64,000 bases of DNA from Eledone cirrhosa (lineage: Eukaryota). Under the pieces are notes generated by a model that saw only the letters and a list, made by a program, of their open reading frames with translations, did no database searches and had not been told where the DNA came from. Of the stretch, positions 29,261-43,224 are shown in pieces. Positions within the stretch are counted from its first letter, which is position 1, and every line of letters starts with the position of its first letter. The position numbers and the translations under genes are program-made. Where the stretch lies: NCBI GenBank assembly GCA_964016885.1, contig OZ024743.1, forward strand, positions 39,804,001-39,868,000. The letters run 5' to 3'.

Positions 29261-29812
29261 TGAGAAGAACAACACCTGTTTTCGACAGGAGTCTGGCGTG
29301 AAGGACATATTCGAGACCACCAGCTAGGGCAAACCTAGCTGGGCTGTCCACGTCTATCAAATCAGGGACAGGGTTTGACTAGTTGAGTGACATACTGAAC
29401 ACCTGGGCAGTGGCGAAGACCCAAAAGGAGGACAAAGAACACACGGTGCGATGATATGATCCAATAACGTGACTCCATATGACCAATATACCGAGAGACA
29501 TGAAGCTGTGGAGATAAACCTATCCATCATCGAGACATACAAAGGGATAAGGATTGGTATTCCAATTTGAACCTGTTTACAGTATCCTTTTTGTCTTTGT
29601 AATTCTTAATAAAAATTATTGCCTTAAGGAAATAGCTTTTAATGAATTCCCTTTTCTTTAAATCCATCAACCAATTACCTTCACCCATCCCAATCCCCAC
29701 CCTCTCCTACCACCAGAAAAGATATAAAATACCACCCCATTTATTTCCCACGAATGAAACAGTTCTTGTCCTGTAGAAGCTTTTCTATATTAATATATAT
29801 ATATATATATAT

Positions 29813-29926
29813 AACGAAGGAAATATGGTAAGGAACCAGGTGGACCATAACGCACCAAAGTACTCAATTCTTAGGGTAGTAGAGTGGGTAATAGGCTTCA
29901 GCTCAGCCGTTGTGGTCCTACTCGTT

Positions 29927-29930
<4 letters not shown>
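29813..29930. mobile_element. Family C element, internally deleted
   Basis: Reverse complement of the tail 36645-36728 plus a short forward arm; (TA)n flanks. Confidence 0.75.
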
Positions 29931-30020
<90 letters not shown>

Positions 30021-30845
30021 ATATGGAGAAAGTGAGAGAAATGTATTTGGGTTTGAAAATGATTTCGTATTAATAAATAATTAGCCAACGATATGTAAAA
30101 ATAATTGTATTTATATATTATGTTACGTGGCACATGTATTTCATTCCGTTACCTATTGTGAAGTAGTAACTACGAGGATCTGTTTAAATGTATATTCAGC
30201 ATTCATTAACGCTTAAAGAACAATCATATGCCATACGATGTAGAGAAATCCCCTTATATTAATAGATCACTGCTTTAATCATATTTGAGTTTGTGTATGG
30301 CTGTGTGTCTGTATGTGATTGTGTGTATCTGATTGAGTGCTGCAGATAACTAAATGAAGCACATATTTGTTCCCATATAAAAATAGTGGTGAATTATTAT
30401 CATTGTAAATAAGATTTAATTTTTAATATTTCTAATATACATTCGTTTGGTTCTGTTATACAAACTTATGGCACACAGTTTATAAATTCTTTGTATTTAG
30501 TTAAAATCGCTATAATACAAATTTAATATTGTAATCGCATTCGATTATTGAGGGATCTAAATAAATATATTCTAAGAACTAAGAATACTGAGATATATTC
30601 CTAAATGGGTATTTAAATATATTTGTAAACATATACAATATTATTAATTACCATGTATATCAAACATCATTTTAAATATATGTGCTTGTATGAAAGTCAT
30701 ATGCAGCTGGCATAGATTGCTGTAGTGGCTATTGAATAATGAAACAAAATACTATCAGCAAGATGTATATATATAATAAATGAAGACAAGTGCAAACATA
30801 GAGAACATATTTTTAATGAAGTTGCAATAACGAGAGAGTGAGAAA

Positions 30846-30876
<31 letters not shown>

Positions 30877-30882
<6 letters not shown>

Positions 30883-31224
30883 ATGCTTTGGGAGGGTAAT
30901 ATTGACAATAAGAAACACACGCACCAGTTGCATTCACTCCAATTTATTATAAAAAAAAGAATCCCCAGTCACTGAAGAGGTCAGAGAATGTGTAACGAAA
31001 GAACTTTGACAATATATGAACAACCGTCCGGTTGTGGAATCAACCAACCAACCAGCCGGAAATTTATGAATTCTTAAATTTATAAAATTAATTAATAATA
31101 AATTGGAGTAAAATCAACTGGTGCGTGTGTTTCTTATTGGCAACATGACCCACCAAAAGCATAACAATATCGGTTTAAACACACGTTTTCAGATTAAGAA
31201 TCTTGCTAAACAAATTCAAAAACG

Positions 31225-31266
<42 letters not shown>

Positions 31267-31535
31267 CGTTTTTGAATTTGTTTAGCAAGATTCTTTATGT
31301 GAAAACGTGTGTTGAAACCGATATTGTTATGCTTTGGGAGGGTCATGTTGCCAATAAGAAACACACGCACCCTACGATTGACTCCAATTTATTATAAATT
31401 AATTTTATAAATTTAAGAATTTATAAATTTCCGGCTGGTTGGTTGGTTCCACAACCAGACTGTTGTTCATATATTGTCAAAGTTATTTTGTCACACATTT
31501 TGTGACCTCTTCAGTGACTGGGATTATTTTTTATA
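30877..31535. mobile_element. Two family B elements tail-to-tail around (TA)n 31227-31264
   Basis: 30958-31228 is the reverse complement of 31263-31530; diverged HHR motifs at 30968-31010 (+) and 31476-31518 (-, GAAA mutated). Confidence 0.85.
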
Positions 31536-33130
31536 TCTAGCTACATATACTATCTGAAAACTAGGAATGTATCATATACACTTCAATGGGAAGTAGTAGG
31601 TAAGGCAGCATCGTATAAACCACCTAATAAATTATGTAACCTCTGTCTTCTAGAGACCCATACTATAATCTTTTCGAACCTTAACCTCCTTAATAAAAAA
31701 TCGGAAGTGTTTGCACCGTGCCAGCACCGATCCGACACTCTTTCCAAAGCTTTAAACCTAGTATATAACGATGTCAGTTTTGAACTTAGCACCTCCATTA
31801 GCACTTCTCCTTTAGGGCTTGCATTGCACCACTGCACCACACTCTTTGATCCACACTTTCCTCTACACAATTCAGCCGACATATAACTCTATACTCTAGA
31901 AATATTCTTAATATAGTAAACTTAGATTACTTATAATTATATAGTGATGGAAATATATTATAATTTAGATAAACTTTAAATATTAAACGTAACAATGAAT
32001 TATATATACATTTTCAAGTTAAAGGTAAAAATTAATATCATTGTATATATAGCATTAATGCAGTAACATAAGGCATTTATCTAACTTAAATGCAATATGG
32101 AACAATGAATTATATATACATCTATAATTAAATGTATGGATTAACATTAATAACATTGTATATAAAGGATGTTTTTATTTACTCTAGAGATATATCTATG
32201 TTATCATGCAAACAGCTATACGCTATTACATGACTTACCATATATTGGGTAGACAGCAATCTAGTGAAACCTTTGATATATTTTGAGAGGGTAGACTGTA
32301 TCTAGGATTAAATTAATATAAATATATAACACTTTGTATGGGAAATTCAATTATGGCACTTTATAATATTTGATAGGCAACTTTCTAATGATACCTTAAC
32401 GTATTACGAGAGAGTAGACTGGGTTTAAAACTAAATTAAATTAAATATAAATATATAGTTTCTATATTAGGCCCTCAATTATAACACTATATAATGTCCC
32501 ATAGAACAATGAGTTTAATTATTATTATAATGAGCTAGTTACCTCCCCTTACGCATTAGCTCCCCTTATTTCCATTCCCACTTCCGGATATTAAACAGTA
32601 GAAAATTATCCCAGCTCTACAAATGTAGTATACGATATGGACTAAATAACACTAAGTTACTTTACATTACAAGCCATTACTATCACAAACACTCAACACA
32701 AATACATCGTGACATATGTAATGGATGTGAAACCTGGAACTTTCTTATTCTACACACACACATATTTGATCTACACAGAAAATATCTCCGCATTGCAACC
32801 ACCATAATATAATAACACACCTGCTTTAAGTGCTTGTATTTTTTATGCAACACCCAGCATTCATATATGCTTGATAATTTTGCTTGTTCAATTGCTTTAT
32901 ATATGACTAACGCACGTACTGTCTCTTTAATGTTATTTATTTACTAGACGCTCTTGTATCATCTGTCAAGTGTGCTCCACCAAAAGCTTTTAATTGTAAT
33001 TTTGAATCTTATTGTACAATTATAGTATAACATAATATATGTCGCATCCATCCCACACTGTTGTCTCCATATGTATCTGTATGACTCTTCAGCAGAATAG
33101 GAGGTTGATTATATGTACAAACATTATTAA

Positions 33131-33185
33131 TAATGGTCCGATGATTCCAAGCCTAGGCTTGGAAGAAACAATTGTCAGCAATTAA
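33131..33185 (+). ncRNA. Hammerhead motif with U4C core change
   Basis: tggt-CCGATGA-ttccaagcctaggcttggaa (perfect 20-nt palindrome)-GAAA-caattg-TC-agca; ~180 nt upstream of (TA)n. Confidence 0.65.
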
Positions 33186-33353
33186 ATGTTCTAACATAGC
33201 TTTGATTCTTGTGTATTCTATATTACTGCTCTGTACAACAAATGATGTTCTTAACTTGAGTTATTTATCTTACTGGTAATATGGTAGTAATAAATTACTG
33301 ACCTTACCTGTTTATAGTTGTGTATAATATATACATAACTATAAATATTATCC

Positions 33354-33429
<76 letters not shown>

Positions 33430-33959
33430 GATATTTTTCTCTATGAGAAAATACATTAACCGCAACAAACATTTTTTTTTATAATTGTGTTTCAGAAACT
33501 ATCAATAAAAGTGCCATGTCTGATAGTTTCTTTCATTTCAACGATGATATATAATGATTTCAAGAAAACCTGATTGTAATTCCTAACAGATCGAGCGCCC
33601 AAACATCATAGACGCCAATTACAAAGGAAATAAAGAAAACAAAAGCTAACTTAAAACCACAGATATTTGTTTATCTTGCTCAGTAGTGAGGAAACTAAGC
33701 CATACAATACCTGCTATTGAAATAAGGCTGCCACAAAAATATATGGATATTACGTCAATAACCGTGCAATGTTTTAATTCTGCTAGAGATAGGTTATATT
33801 TTCATAATTAGGAGTAAGAGAAATTCGATTATATATAATTGGCATTTTATTTTATCACACTCCGATGAATGAAAATGTAAAATGAACTTGGCAGGATTTG
33901 AACTCCCTAACGAAATGCTGATATCAGAGAGAGAGAAGGGAAGAGAGAGAGAGAGACAC

Positions 33960-34008
<49 letters not shown>

Positions 34009-34626
34009 CATTATCTAGTCTAGTTCTAAACTGGTACTATGTATATCGAACACAAAAGCATGAACTCCTTCCAACTGGTCTTGTCAGAACCAACTGTCTT
34101 CAATTGATTCGACAGGATTCCCAAGTGAGACAACCGAACTCATGAATGTTAGCAAACCATATTTCTAGGGGTCTAAGCCTGGGTCATCTACCAGTTGTTT
34201 TTGCCACTAAAATCTGGACAGCGATCTTTTCCTGATTTCACATACATAATACAAACATTTACATAGATATGTGTGTTCAATTTGCAAACACACCCTTATG
34301 TCGTTCTTACAAGTAATAACATCTCATTATCATAATCATGTGTAGAATTGTAATTAATTTAATATTGATGCAACCATTTGACATCATAACCAATTGTGTC
34401 TTGTGTCCGCATCTTAAGCGAAACACCTTTCATTACTCCCGAGTATGAGAACTGCATACTTAGTAGCGATCACTAATTACCAACACCAATATAGATAAAA
34501 ACAACAATGAATATCCTGTGAGAAATAGGACAATAAAATTCAACAACTTTAATATTCTGTTTACAATGTATGACATGTTGTTTAACTGTTTAACTATCTC
34601 AACAAAGGATTCGCCTTTGAAAATAA

Positions 34627-34814
34627 GTGTTTCTACATTTGGCACAAGGCCAGAAATTACCCAGTGTATTACTGGGACTTTATTTTATCGACCCCATAAG
34701 GATGAAAGGCAAAGTTAACCTCGGCGGGATTTGAAATCAGAATGGCAAGGGCCGAAACTCGATGCGTCAAATCATGGCGTCCGACCCTCTACCGATACTG
34801 CCAATCCACCGCCC
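34627..34814 (-). mobile_element. SINE S1
   Basis: Homology to other S1 copies. Confidence 0.85.
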
Positions 34815-35914
34815 TGAATGTGACAAGTCACAATGCATTCACGTACAATATAGGAAAAATAAAACTTGAAAATATCTGCGCGATACATTAATATTATATA
34901 CATAATATATAATATAATGTTAACTGTGAAACTACCACAAGAGAGGATTGTTTTTTTTTAAATAATGTATGAGTGAAGTCATTATTCCATTTGTTTCTTT
35001 TTTTTTCTTTTTGTTAGGGTGACATACACAAAATGGTGTCAACAAACAAAAGCACGTAAAGCAATTCCGCTTTGAAGTATGCTAAAACAGAACAAAATAT
35101 AAAATACAATGACAACAACAATAATAACATCAATATTACTAATAATAATACAAATAAGAAATGTCAATCCAATATTTAGAATTGGCGTCATGAAATACTA
35201 GCTAAGCTAGCCCAGTAGTAATAACTGATATTGTATTTCAATAGATATTTGATTGAAATGTGGTTTAAAAAGATGAATTCACTGATAGTTTGTTTGCTGA
35301 ATATAATGCAATCGTCATTACATATTTCCTTTTATATCTAAAATAAGATGTACATCAAAGGTACAGACATTTTTATCTAATGGATAATATATATTCTCGT
35401 CTCTAATGGCGGCGGTGGAATCATATAAAATAAACATAAAATAACTGTGTTATTATTTCCTAAAAATTCGTATTTTATGTTTTATGTGGTCATTTTATTT
35501 TGTTCTTTTATGAAATGCATGACATTCTTTAATATAGTATTGCATAAAAACGGAGAGGAGTGAAGATACAAAATAAAAGGGCAATAGAAAAATGTATCAT
35601 ATACTTTATTATCATTCTGGCTTATTTCATTACTGCTGTTGTTGTTGAAGCAATAAAGCATTTATTTTAGAACGGATTTTACTGTGAATAAGACACGACC
35701 GCTGTTGTTGGGGCTTCAATATTCTCAATTTTTATTGATTGAATTTCATGTTAGATGGATATAATGTCACTAAAAATGAATTACAAGATTAATAAGTACA
35801 TATCCAATTATACATGCACATACTGATATAGACATTCACATATCTCATCGCTGCTCACTCAGTCTTTATACACATACACACACACACAGACACAGCCCCC
35901 CCCCATAAATATGT

Positions 35915-36468
35915 ATATAAAGAATTAGTATATCTACCAATATTTATCCAGATGCATACCTATGCTAGCAAATATATAGGTTTTGTCTTAGTAACTTTGT
36001 GGTTCAATGCAAGGGAATGTAGAACAATTATATGAATGACGTAAAATAAGAAAAGATACCTGGCGATGCGTGGACACAGGGAACTTATACAAAAATAATT
36101 CAGTGGATGGAAAAAAGCAAGCGTGGACTAAATTCCATGTCTTTTTAACACCCCACTCCTCACTGATTAACCTCGATGACACGTGATTGATTCTTTTGAA
36201 TTTGCCACCGACCAAGTAAGGTAGTGATTTTGTTCAATGTCTCGGAATTTAGTCCAAGCTTGCTTTTTACCATCCACTGAATTATGTTTGTATAAGTTCC
36301 CTGTGTCCACGCATCGCCAGGTATCTTAGCTGAGAACAGACTTCCTGTTGACGAAACGGCTTCTCCATGATATCCATTTGGAAACCATGTTTATTCCCTT
36401 TCAGAAACTAATTAGTTAGAGTGAAATTTTAGTAAGTAAGTTAATTTTTATAATTTTCTTATTTTACG

Positions 36469-36471
<3 letters not shown>
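35915..36471. mobile_element. Family E hairpin element
   Basis: 36054-36137 is inverted relative to 36244-36326; homologous to the tandem copies at 43683-44515. Confidence 0.75.
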
Positions 36472-36528
<57 letters not shown>

Positions 36529-36531
<3 letters not shown>

Positions 36532-36725
36532 AACCAGTAACACCCCGACAGCTGAGCTCAAGCCGTTTCGACGGCTAATTCTGGACTGAGTCCAGAATTA
36601 GCCGTCGAAACGGCTTGAGCTCAGCTGTCGGGGTCTTACTGGTTCCTATTACCCACTCTACTACCTCAAGTATTGAGTACTTTGGTGCGTTATGGTCCAC
36701 CTGGTTCCTTACCACATTTCCTTCG

Positions 36726-36730
<5 letters not shown>
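36529..36730. mobile_element. Family C near-perfect hairpin plus ~80 nt tail
   Basis: Centre tctggact-g-agtccaga (~36588); arms 36529-36587 and 36589-36648; (TA)n flanks. Confidence 0.85.
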
Positions 36731-36779
<49 letters not shown>

Positions 36780-37497
36780 TCTTTACACACGGCAGTAGAC
36801 AAAATTGGTTCCTTCCTCATTCACTCTCATCCGGGAACAGTTTTCTATGGCGCCAGTTTCCGATTTGAACTCGGGAAATTTATATTCTCCTAGCGAGAAG
36901 AACCTTCTGACGAGAATCCCATTCTCAATGGTGGTCCGCCTGGATTATCCATTTATTTTGAGATTTGAAACCGCGCGGTAAAGATACATATAGTAAGTAC
37001 AGAGAACTTTTTAAAATTTATTTTTAAACTTTTTCTCTATTTGCTAAACCTTGATTTTATATGTTCTGGCTCGTTAATTTATTAACCTGCAATTAGAACC
37101 ACATTGACACACGGTTGGATAATACTTGTATCCTTATATGTATTGTTTACACGTAGGAACACATACTTTATTATTATTAATCTCCCTTAAACGTTGAGAT
37201 AACATTTTGGTCGTTTGAATTGCTGCTATTTCTAGTGGTAGGACATTGACCTGTCCGCCCTTGCTTTCTGTTTTTACACACGGCACTGGACAAAATTACT
37301 TCCTTCCTCATTCACTCTCATCCGCAAACAGTTTTGTATGGCGCCAGTTTGTGATTTGAACTCGGTAATTTTATTTCAATAGTGGTCCGTCTGGATTATC
37401 CATGTATTTGGGGATTTGAAACTGCGCGGTTATAGTAAGTACAGCGAACTTTTTAAAATTTATTTTAAAACTTTTTTCTCTATTTGCTAAACCTTGA
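36780..37497 (+). mobile_element. Family J partial tandem repeat, ~491 bp period
   Basis: tttacacacggca at 36782 and 37273; both copies end ...gctaaaccttga; (TA)n flanks. Confidence 0.8.
36904..36983 (+). ncRNA. Type-I hammerhead, family J
   Basis: ctt-CTGACGA-gaatccca...tgagattt-GAAA-ccgcgcgg-TA-aag; the second copy has tgggattt, which restores stem II pairing. Confidence 0.7.
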
Positions 37498-37594
<97 letters not shown>

Positions 37595-38451
37595 ACTCTA
37601 TCGTCGATATCCGACGTATGAATGTCCAACAAGAGCTGATGTGAGAAAGTGAACTGAGGTTGAACTACCCACACAAAATTTTGTTTTAAGTGGTGGAGGC
37701 TTGTGTAGAAAGAACCACACTTTTTTGGAACTGTCGACACATATATTCGGTGCAAATTTTTGATACGGAAAATACGACAGCCCTCACCTATTTATGACTC
37801 GGTGTTTAACCTCTCCATATTTTAAAAAAAAATGTATGGTCGTTGACTCTGCTGGGTTCTTCCTCCCTTTGCTGAGTCTTGTATTTTATCCCGCAGGATG
37901 TCTAAATATCACCCTCCTCACCAAGCAAGCATGGTGGTGTTGCCGGTTTAGTCGCCGACGACCCGACCATGAGAAGTTGTACTGAGTTACATGTTACCTG
38001 TAGTACTCGAGTGTGACCTGACATTTTTCAATAAAACCTTTTTTCAATATATATATATACAAAGATGAGAGAGTGAGAGGGGGAGGGAGTGAGATGGACA
38101 GATTAGTTTCATATAGAATCACCTCTAGATTTATGAGTATGTTTGTGCCCGTAAATTGACTTTGTTGTTTCAAAGACAGAGGTTTCATATGTGTACTGTT
38201 GTATAGAAACCACTAAGAGGGTCAAATATAATTACCTACTATTCTTCGGATTGAGTGAGGATACAATGGATTGACATCGCTCAAATTAAATATATGATAG
38301 ACTTGTCGGGTAGAAGATAGTAAAATACTAACAAAAAAATAAAAATCTTAGATGTATTACAACCCATTTTTAAATAGCTAATCTAGGTTCAACAAATATC
38401 ACCAGCTCTTGGTTAGCTTAGGGCTAAGGTAAGACGTATATATATATATAT

Positions 38452-38670
38452 ATTGTTTCCGTAGGAAGGGTAAAGGAATGGAGTGCTTTATGACAGAACT
38501 CTTTAGTTATGTAATAAACAACATAAGACAATTATTCCATATACCAAACGTTTCACGAATACAGATGATCTCGAGAGAGACGAACGATTTCAGACGTCTG
38601 TGTCGAGTTCGTCTGTTCTCATGAAACCTTTGGTTCCCATGAAACTTATGTTGTTTATTACATAACTATA
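38452..38670. mobile_element. Family M degenerate hairpin element
   Basis: tagttatgtaataaacaacataag / cttatgttgtttattacataacta inverted; ~50 nt tail on the left; (TA)n flanks. Confidence 0.65.
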
Positions 38671-38698
38671 TATATATATTAAGAGCAAAAGAGAGAGA

Positions 38699-38807
<109 letters not shown>

Positions 38808-40574
38808 ATGAAAATCTCAACTCAATGACGGTGTTTGGTAAAATGTTAGGAATGAACGGATGGAAGTTTGTTGGGAAGTGGTATATAGTGAGGAGCAAAG
38901 CATGAAAATGGAAAAATTTAAATTAAGGAGACAAAAGTCACATAAACGTCATGTTGCCTCATTATCCCTCGTACCGGAATGTAGTTTCACACGATTTAAA
39001 ATGGAGGGGATTAAATGTAATTACCTGCACCTGCAATAGAAATTAAGTATTTCTGATCACATGATGTGTGCTTGACAAATTGCACAAATAAATAGGCAGA
39101 GAGACATATCAAAGGGAGAGAAGTAGGATGCGTCAGTTCGGTACCAAATCGTAAGTAAAAAGGACAATAAGACCTAGGGTAGCGGAAGTGGTACCAAGCG
39201 ATAGTCACAAAGAGAGTGACGGGTAGAAGGGGGAAAATAAAAGAAAGGCATTACGAACAAAGGGAGAAAAAGAAAGATGAAAATAGGGACGGGGAGAAAA
39301 GGATGAAAGTAGTGACAGTCAAAGCTTCTCAACTTGATTTTCGGGAAAACAATTTGTTTACAATCTATCAAAGCTATAAGTAGAATTATCCAGCCACAAT
39401 CTGGTGCAGCCTGAAACTAACCCAGGTTCTGCTGCACATCGGGCTGAGGAGGCCAAACTATTTAAATACCGGTCGTACTCTTGGCAGTTGAGACTTCTGG
39501 TGTCCTCGGCCTTAGGGCTATCTCACTACTCACCACCACAGGCGCTGAGCTGGCCAGCCGCAGGTGTGAGACCGCGAGCTGGAATGGATTTTCCAGCGCG
39601 TCTCCCTTGCCGTCCTCCGGGGAAACATCTTCTCTATTCTGTCCGCCGGGGCTATGGAGTGGCCACAAATATGATTGATTGACTTGTCATTTTATTAGTC
39701 AGATTTTCTAATGATTAGAAATAACAGCTGTTTGTATGGGGCTAAATTCAGCTCAACAAAGGAGCAGTGATAAATCAATAATAATGAGTTCAAATCTCAG
39801 GCAGTCTTTTACAATGAAATTTCTAGCAGCACGTGTATGAGACTAGCTAGACACTGGATAACCGCGTGAAATTACCTCGTGCGTTAAACAGTCTTTCTAA
39901 ATATTTTGAAGTGGAACATACCAATTTTTATAGCGCTTGCTGGGGAGATCAAAATGCGGTATTTCTTCCACTTTTTCATTATTCGAAACATATTTGGATT
40001 TTAGGGTTTAAACCTGTCTACGGAACAGGTTTGATTTTGAAATTTAAATTTGTCCAAGCACCACGGCCATTGCCAATACGATTTGTTTTTGTTGATTTAT
40101 TATCTTAAATCAAGACAGGCAAACTGTAATATTATTATTAGTATATTTCAATCTAGCTAACTTGGTCATTTACAATACAAACATGAATATGTTGGTATTT
40201 GTGTTTATCAAATATATTAATTCATATTACCTTGTATTACACGGCTCAGAAATACTCTTTCTTTGAGCTAATTCATTGTAAAAGACTGCCTTAGATTTGA
40301 ACTCATTATTATTGATTTATTATTGATTTATATATTTATATATATATATATATACGATGCGGTCTACCTTTCGCAGTAAGGGTCTTTACCTTAGTTAGAG
40401 ACGGTATGATCAATCCCTGGTATTGTTTCTGACTGTATACATTTCTGTAACTAGTGTAGATCAGTCAATATATCAGTATGATCAACCCTTCTTAGATAAC
40501 ATGCCTTTCTTATCAATGTTAGATAAACTATGTAATACACACACACTCACGGAACTCATGGATGTTAACAAACT

Positions 40575-40620
<46 letters not shown>

Positions 40621-40627
<7 letters not shown>

Positions 40628-41245
40628 GAAACACACAGATACATGCGGACACACACATATATACATGAATGCATCCGCACCCAACTGTGAGTTAAGGGTG
40701 CCAACTTCACCGATGTTGCTCAATGAATGACTGGGACAGACCAATTCAGTTTGAACTAGACTGAACCAGTATCAGAGTTAAAAATACATTATGAAGAGAG
40801 AAGAAACATTTAGATATAATTAGTAATAAAATGTATCATACCTAAACTGTTCCTAAATTCCTCGACTACGTAGTTTCGTGGCATAAACAAAAACAATATA
40901 TCAAAGATATAGAGTCCTTGCGAGGTCTGCCGTCTTATCAAGAGGATACCTCATTTTACTAGTCTCAAGAACGCGTCTACACGACGTGAGAAAGAATCCC
41001 AAAAGGCGGAGGGGGAGATAGTCACGCGATATAACGGTCGAGAAACAGAGCTAAGCCTCTTATAACCACGAAGAAAATACCACGGAGGCGGAGGGGGTAT
41101 TCATATCGAGGCCGCAGAAGAGGTAGTGAAGAAGGCGAGAAGTATGAGTAATGGAAGCTTTCCAGTTGTCCCCACACTTCAAAGATTGCTCGACCAGAGG
41201 GAGTTATTAATATATTTAGAAACACACAGATACATGCGGACACAT
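40621..41245 (-). mobile_element. Family F repeat, one ~591 bp unit with terminal redundancy
   Basis: atatttagaaacacacagatacatgcggacac at 40621 and 41212; reverse complement of 44955-45868. Confidence 0.85.
40859..40946 (-). ncRNA. Type-I hammerhead, family F, U3-A8 variant core
   Basis: Minus strand: tcctc-TTGATAA-gac ggca...tgcc ac-GAAA-ctacgtag-TC-gagga. Confidence 0.7.
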
Positions 41246-41291
41246 GCAAACAATTGTTCTCGGTATGGTGAAGTAACTGTTGTGTAACCAC

Positions 41292-41371
<80 letters not shown>

Positions 41372-41399
41372 GTGGTTACACAACAGTTACTTCACCATA

Positions 41400-41439
41400 C
41401 CGAGAACAATTGTTTCACCTTCGCGGATCTTCAGCTCGG
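41400..41439 (-). ncRNA. Minimal hammerhead, family D, minus arm
   Basis: Exact reverse complement of 41557-41596. Confidence 0.75.
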
Positions 41440-41556
41440 GATGTAGATGGTCATAGGAACAGGAAGGACAACCGTACAGACCCTTTCCTCTACCCGTCCG
41501 TAAAGGTCCGTAAAGGTCCGTACGGTTGTCCTCCTGTTCCTATAACCCTATACATC

Positions 41557-41596
41557 CCGAGCTGAAGATCCGCGAAGGTGAAACAATTGTTCTCGG
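41557..41596 (+). ncRNA. Minimal hammerhead, family D, plus arm
   Basis: ccgag-CTGAAGA-t cc gcgaa gg t-GAAA-caattg-TT-ctcgg. Confidence 0.75.
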
Positions 41597-41690
41597 TATG
41601 GTGAACTAACTATCGTGTAACCACTTCTATCTAACTCGTCCCTTGGACTGAGTGCTCTACCACTACGGATATTACCTTCCAATGTTCCAC

Positions 41691-41743
<53 letters not shown>

Positions 41744-41750
41744 TAAAAAA

Positions 41751-41789
<39 letters not shown>

Positions 41790-41794
<5 letters not shown>

Positions 41795-43140
41795 TAAAAT
41801 AGCAGATTAAAGTTTCAGCAAAGAATCGCTGCTTTCACCCTGAACGGGATCTTCTGAAACAAACAAAGTCAATCTGTAAACGCAGAAGTGGATATTTCAA
41901 AAAACGCCGCAAGCGGAGGAAGACAGGAAGACGATACCTTGGTTCGTGGAAACGTTCGCTGGCAAAGAACGGGAAAAACGAATATAATACCTCATTAATA
42001 GGAGCGGAGAAAAACATTTACGCGCAAAGACAGAACCACGTTAATGGTATAAAAGAGGTCGTAGACTAATGTTCTCTTAGGCGGTTTATAGAGACGTTCT
42101 CTGGCAATGAACGAAAAAAACGAAGATAATGCGTCATATGTGGAACGTGGAGAACAATTGTACGCAAAGACAAAACCACGTAAATGGTATAGCAGAAGTC
42201 GTAGACTAAAATTCTAACTAGGAGACCGAATGAATCTCCGTTACAGAGTTAAGAACAAAGTAAATAAATACAATACAGAAGTAATAGAAATAAATAAATA
42301 CATACACGCAAACAAATACGTACATACACAAGCATACGCAAAACACTTACCTTAGGTATACAAAACCACGCACATATAAATATGTGTGTGTGTGTATGCG
42401 TGTATACAAATAAATAAATAATTATATAAACGTATATAAAAAAATAAATACGTATATAACAAGGGCACACACATATCTACAAGTAAATACACGAATGTTC
42501 GGAGACGTAAGTCAACCAAAACGTGAAGTACACATATACACACACCCTACATACGTACGAACCTGCATACTCACACAGATGCTAAACTCCCGTATACACA
42601 TAGCCAAACCATATGTACCAGAATATATAAAATTTACGCCATAACATAAACAATCAGATATACGTACGAGAAGGTATACGAACCTTCACAAAACATACGG
42701 GTAATATATACTTACATATGCAAATAAGTAATGGTATAAACAAAACATATACTTAGCTCCCACATCAAGACGTAAAATATCCACGTATAGATCGTACTAT
42801 CCGTTAGGGTATAACGTGGGGCTGTAATACAGGAAAGTTTTGTGGAATTTATGTTTACAAGCCGAAATTGCCTCAGATTTTTTGTTTAAGATGTGGTCTG
42901 TGGCGTAGAGTATTTCCAGGGCCTCAACGGCGCAGAATTCACATAGTCTTTTATTTCCGTTATAGATCTAGCCCTAGCTAGGATCTCCCAGTGTAACTTA
43001 TATTGGGTGTGGTCGTCTTTTAGACTCCAGATATAAGCTGAAAGTGACGTCATATACCTTCTTAGAGGGTAACGAAAAGAATGGGTATGCATGTAAAGAC
43101 GCTGCTTGAATCTATTGGCGGTTAACCCTATGTAGGCCCT
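41790..43140 (-). mobile_element. 5'-truncated PLE (Naiad-like): GIY-YIG C-terminus plus 3' UTR
   Basis: Endonuclease fragment 42797-43140; 3' terminal 41793-41859 matches hairpin 45906-46030; microsatellites on both sides. Confidence 0.8.
42797..43140 (-). pseudogene. GIY-YIG endonuclease C-terminal fragment, one frameshift near 42965
   Basis: AYIGLTANRFKQRLYMHTHSF...TSLSAYIWSLKD...WEIL / YNGNKRLCEFCAVEALEIL...LNKKSEAISACKHK...stop. Confidence 0.8.

Positions 43141-43221
<81 letters not shown>

Positions 43222-43224
<3 letters not shown>

Larger units (their letters stand above)
41247..41695. mobile_element. Family D hairpin element, plus a partial copy left of (TA)n
   Basis: Arms ~41367-41484 and ~41512-41629; tail 41630-41695; fragment 41247-41296. 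Confidence 0.85.

Noticed and set aside
31583-31882. 99 aa minus-strand ORF
   Set aside because: No recognisable domain or splice support; possibly a transposon remnant.
39442-39485. CTGAGGA-ggcc...ggtc hairpin
   Set aside because: GAAA is absent; at most a deleted remnant.
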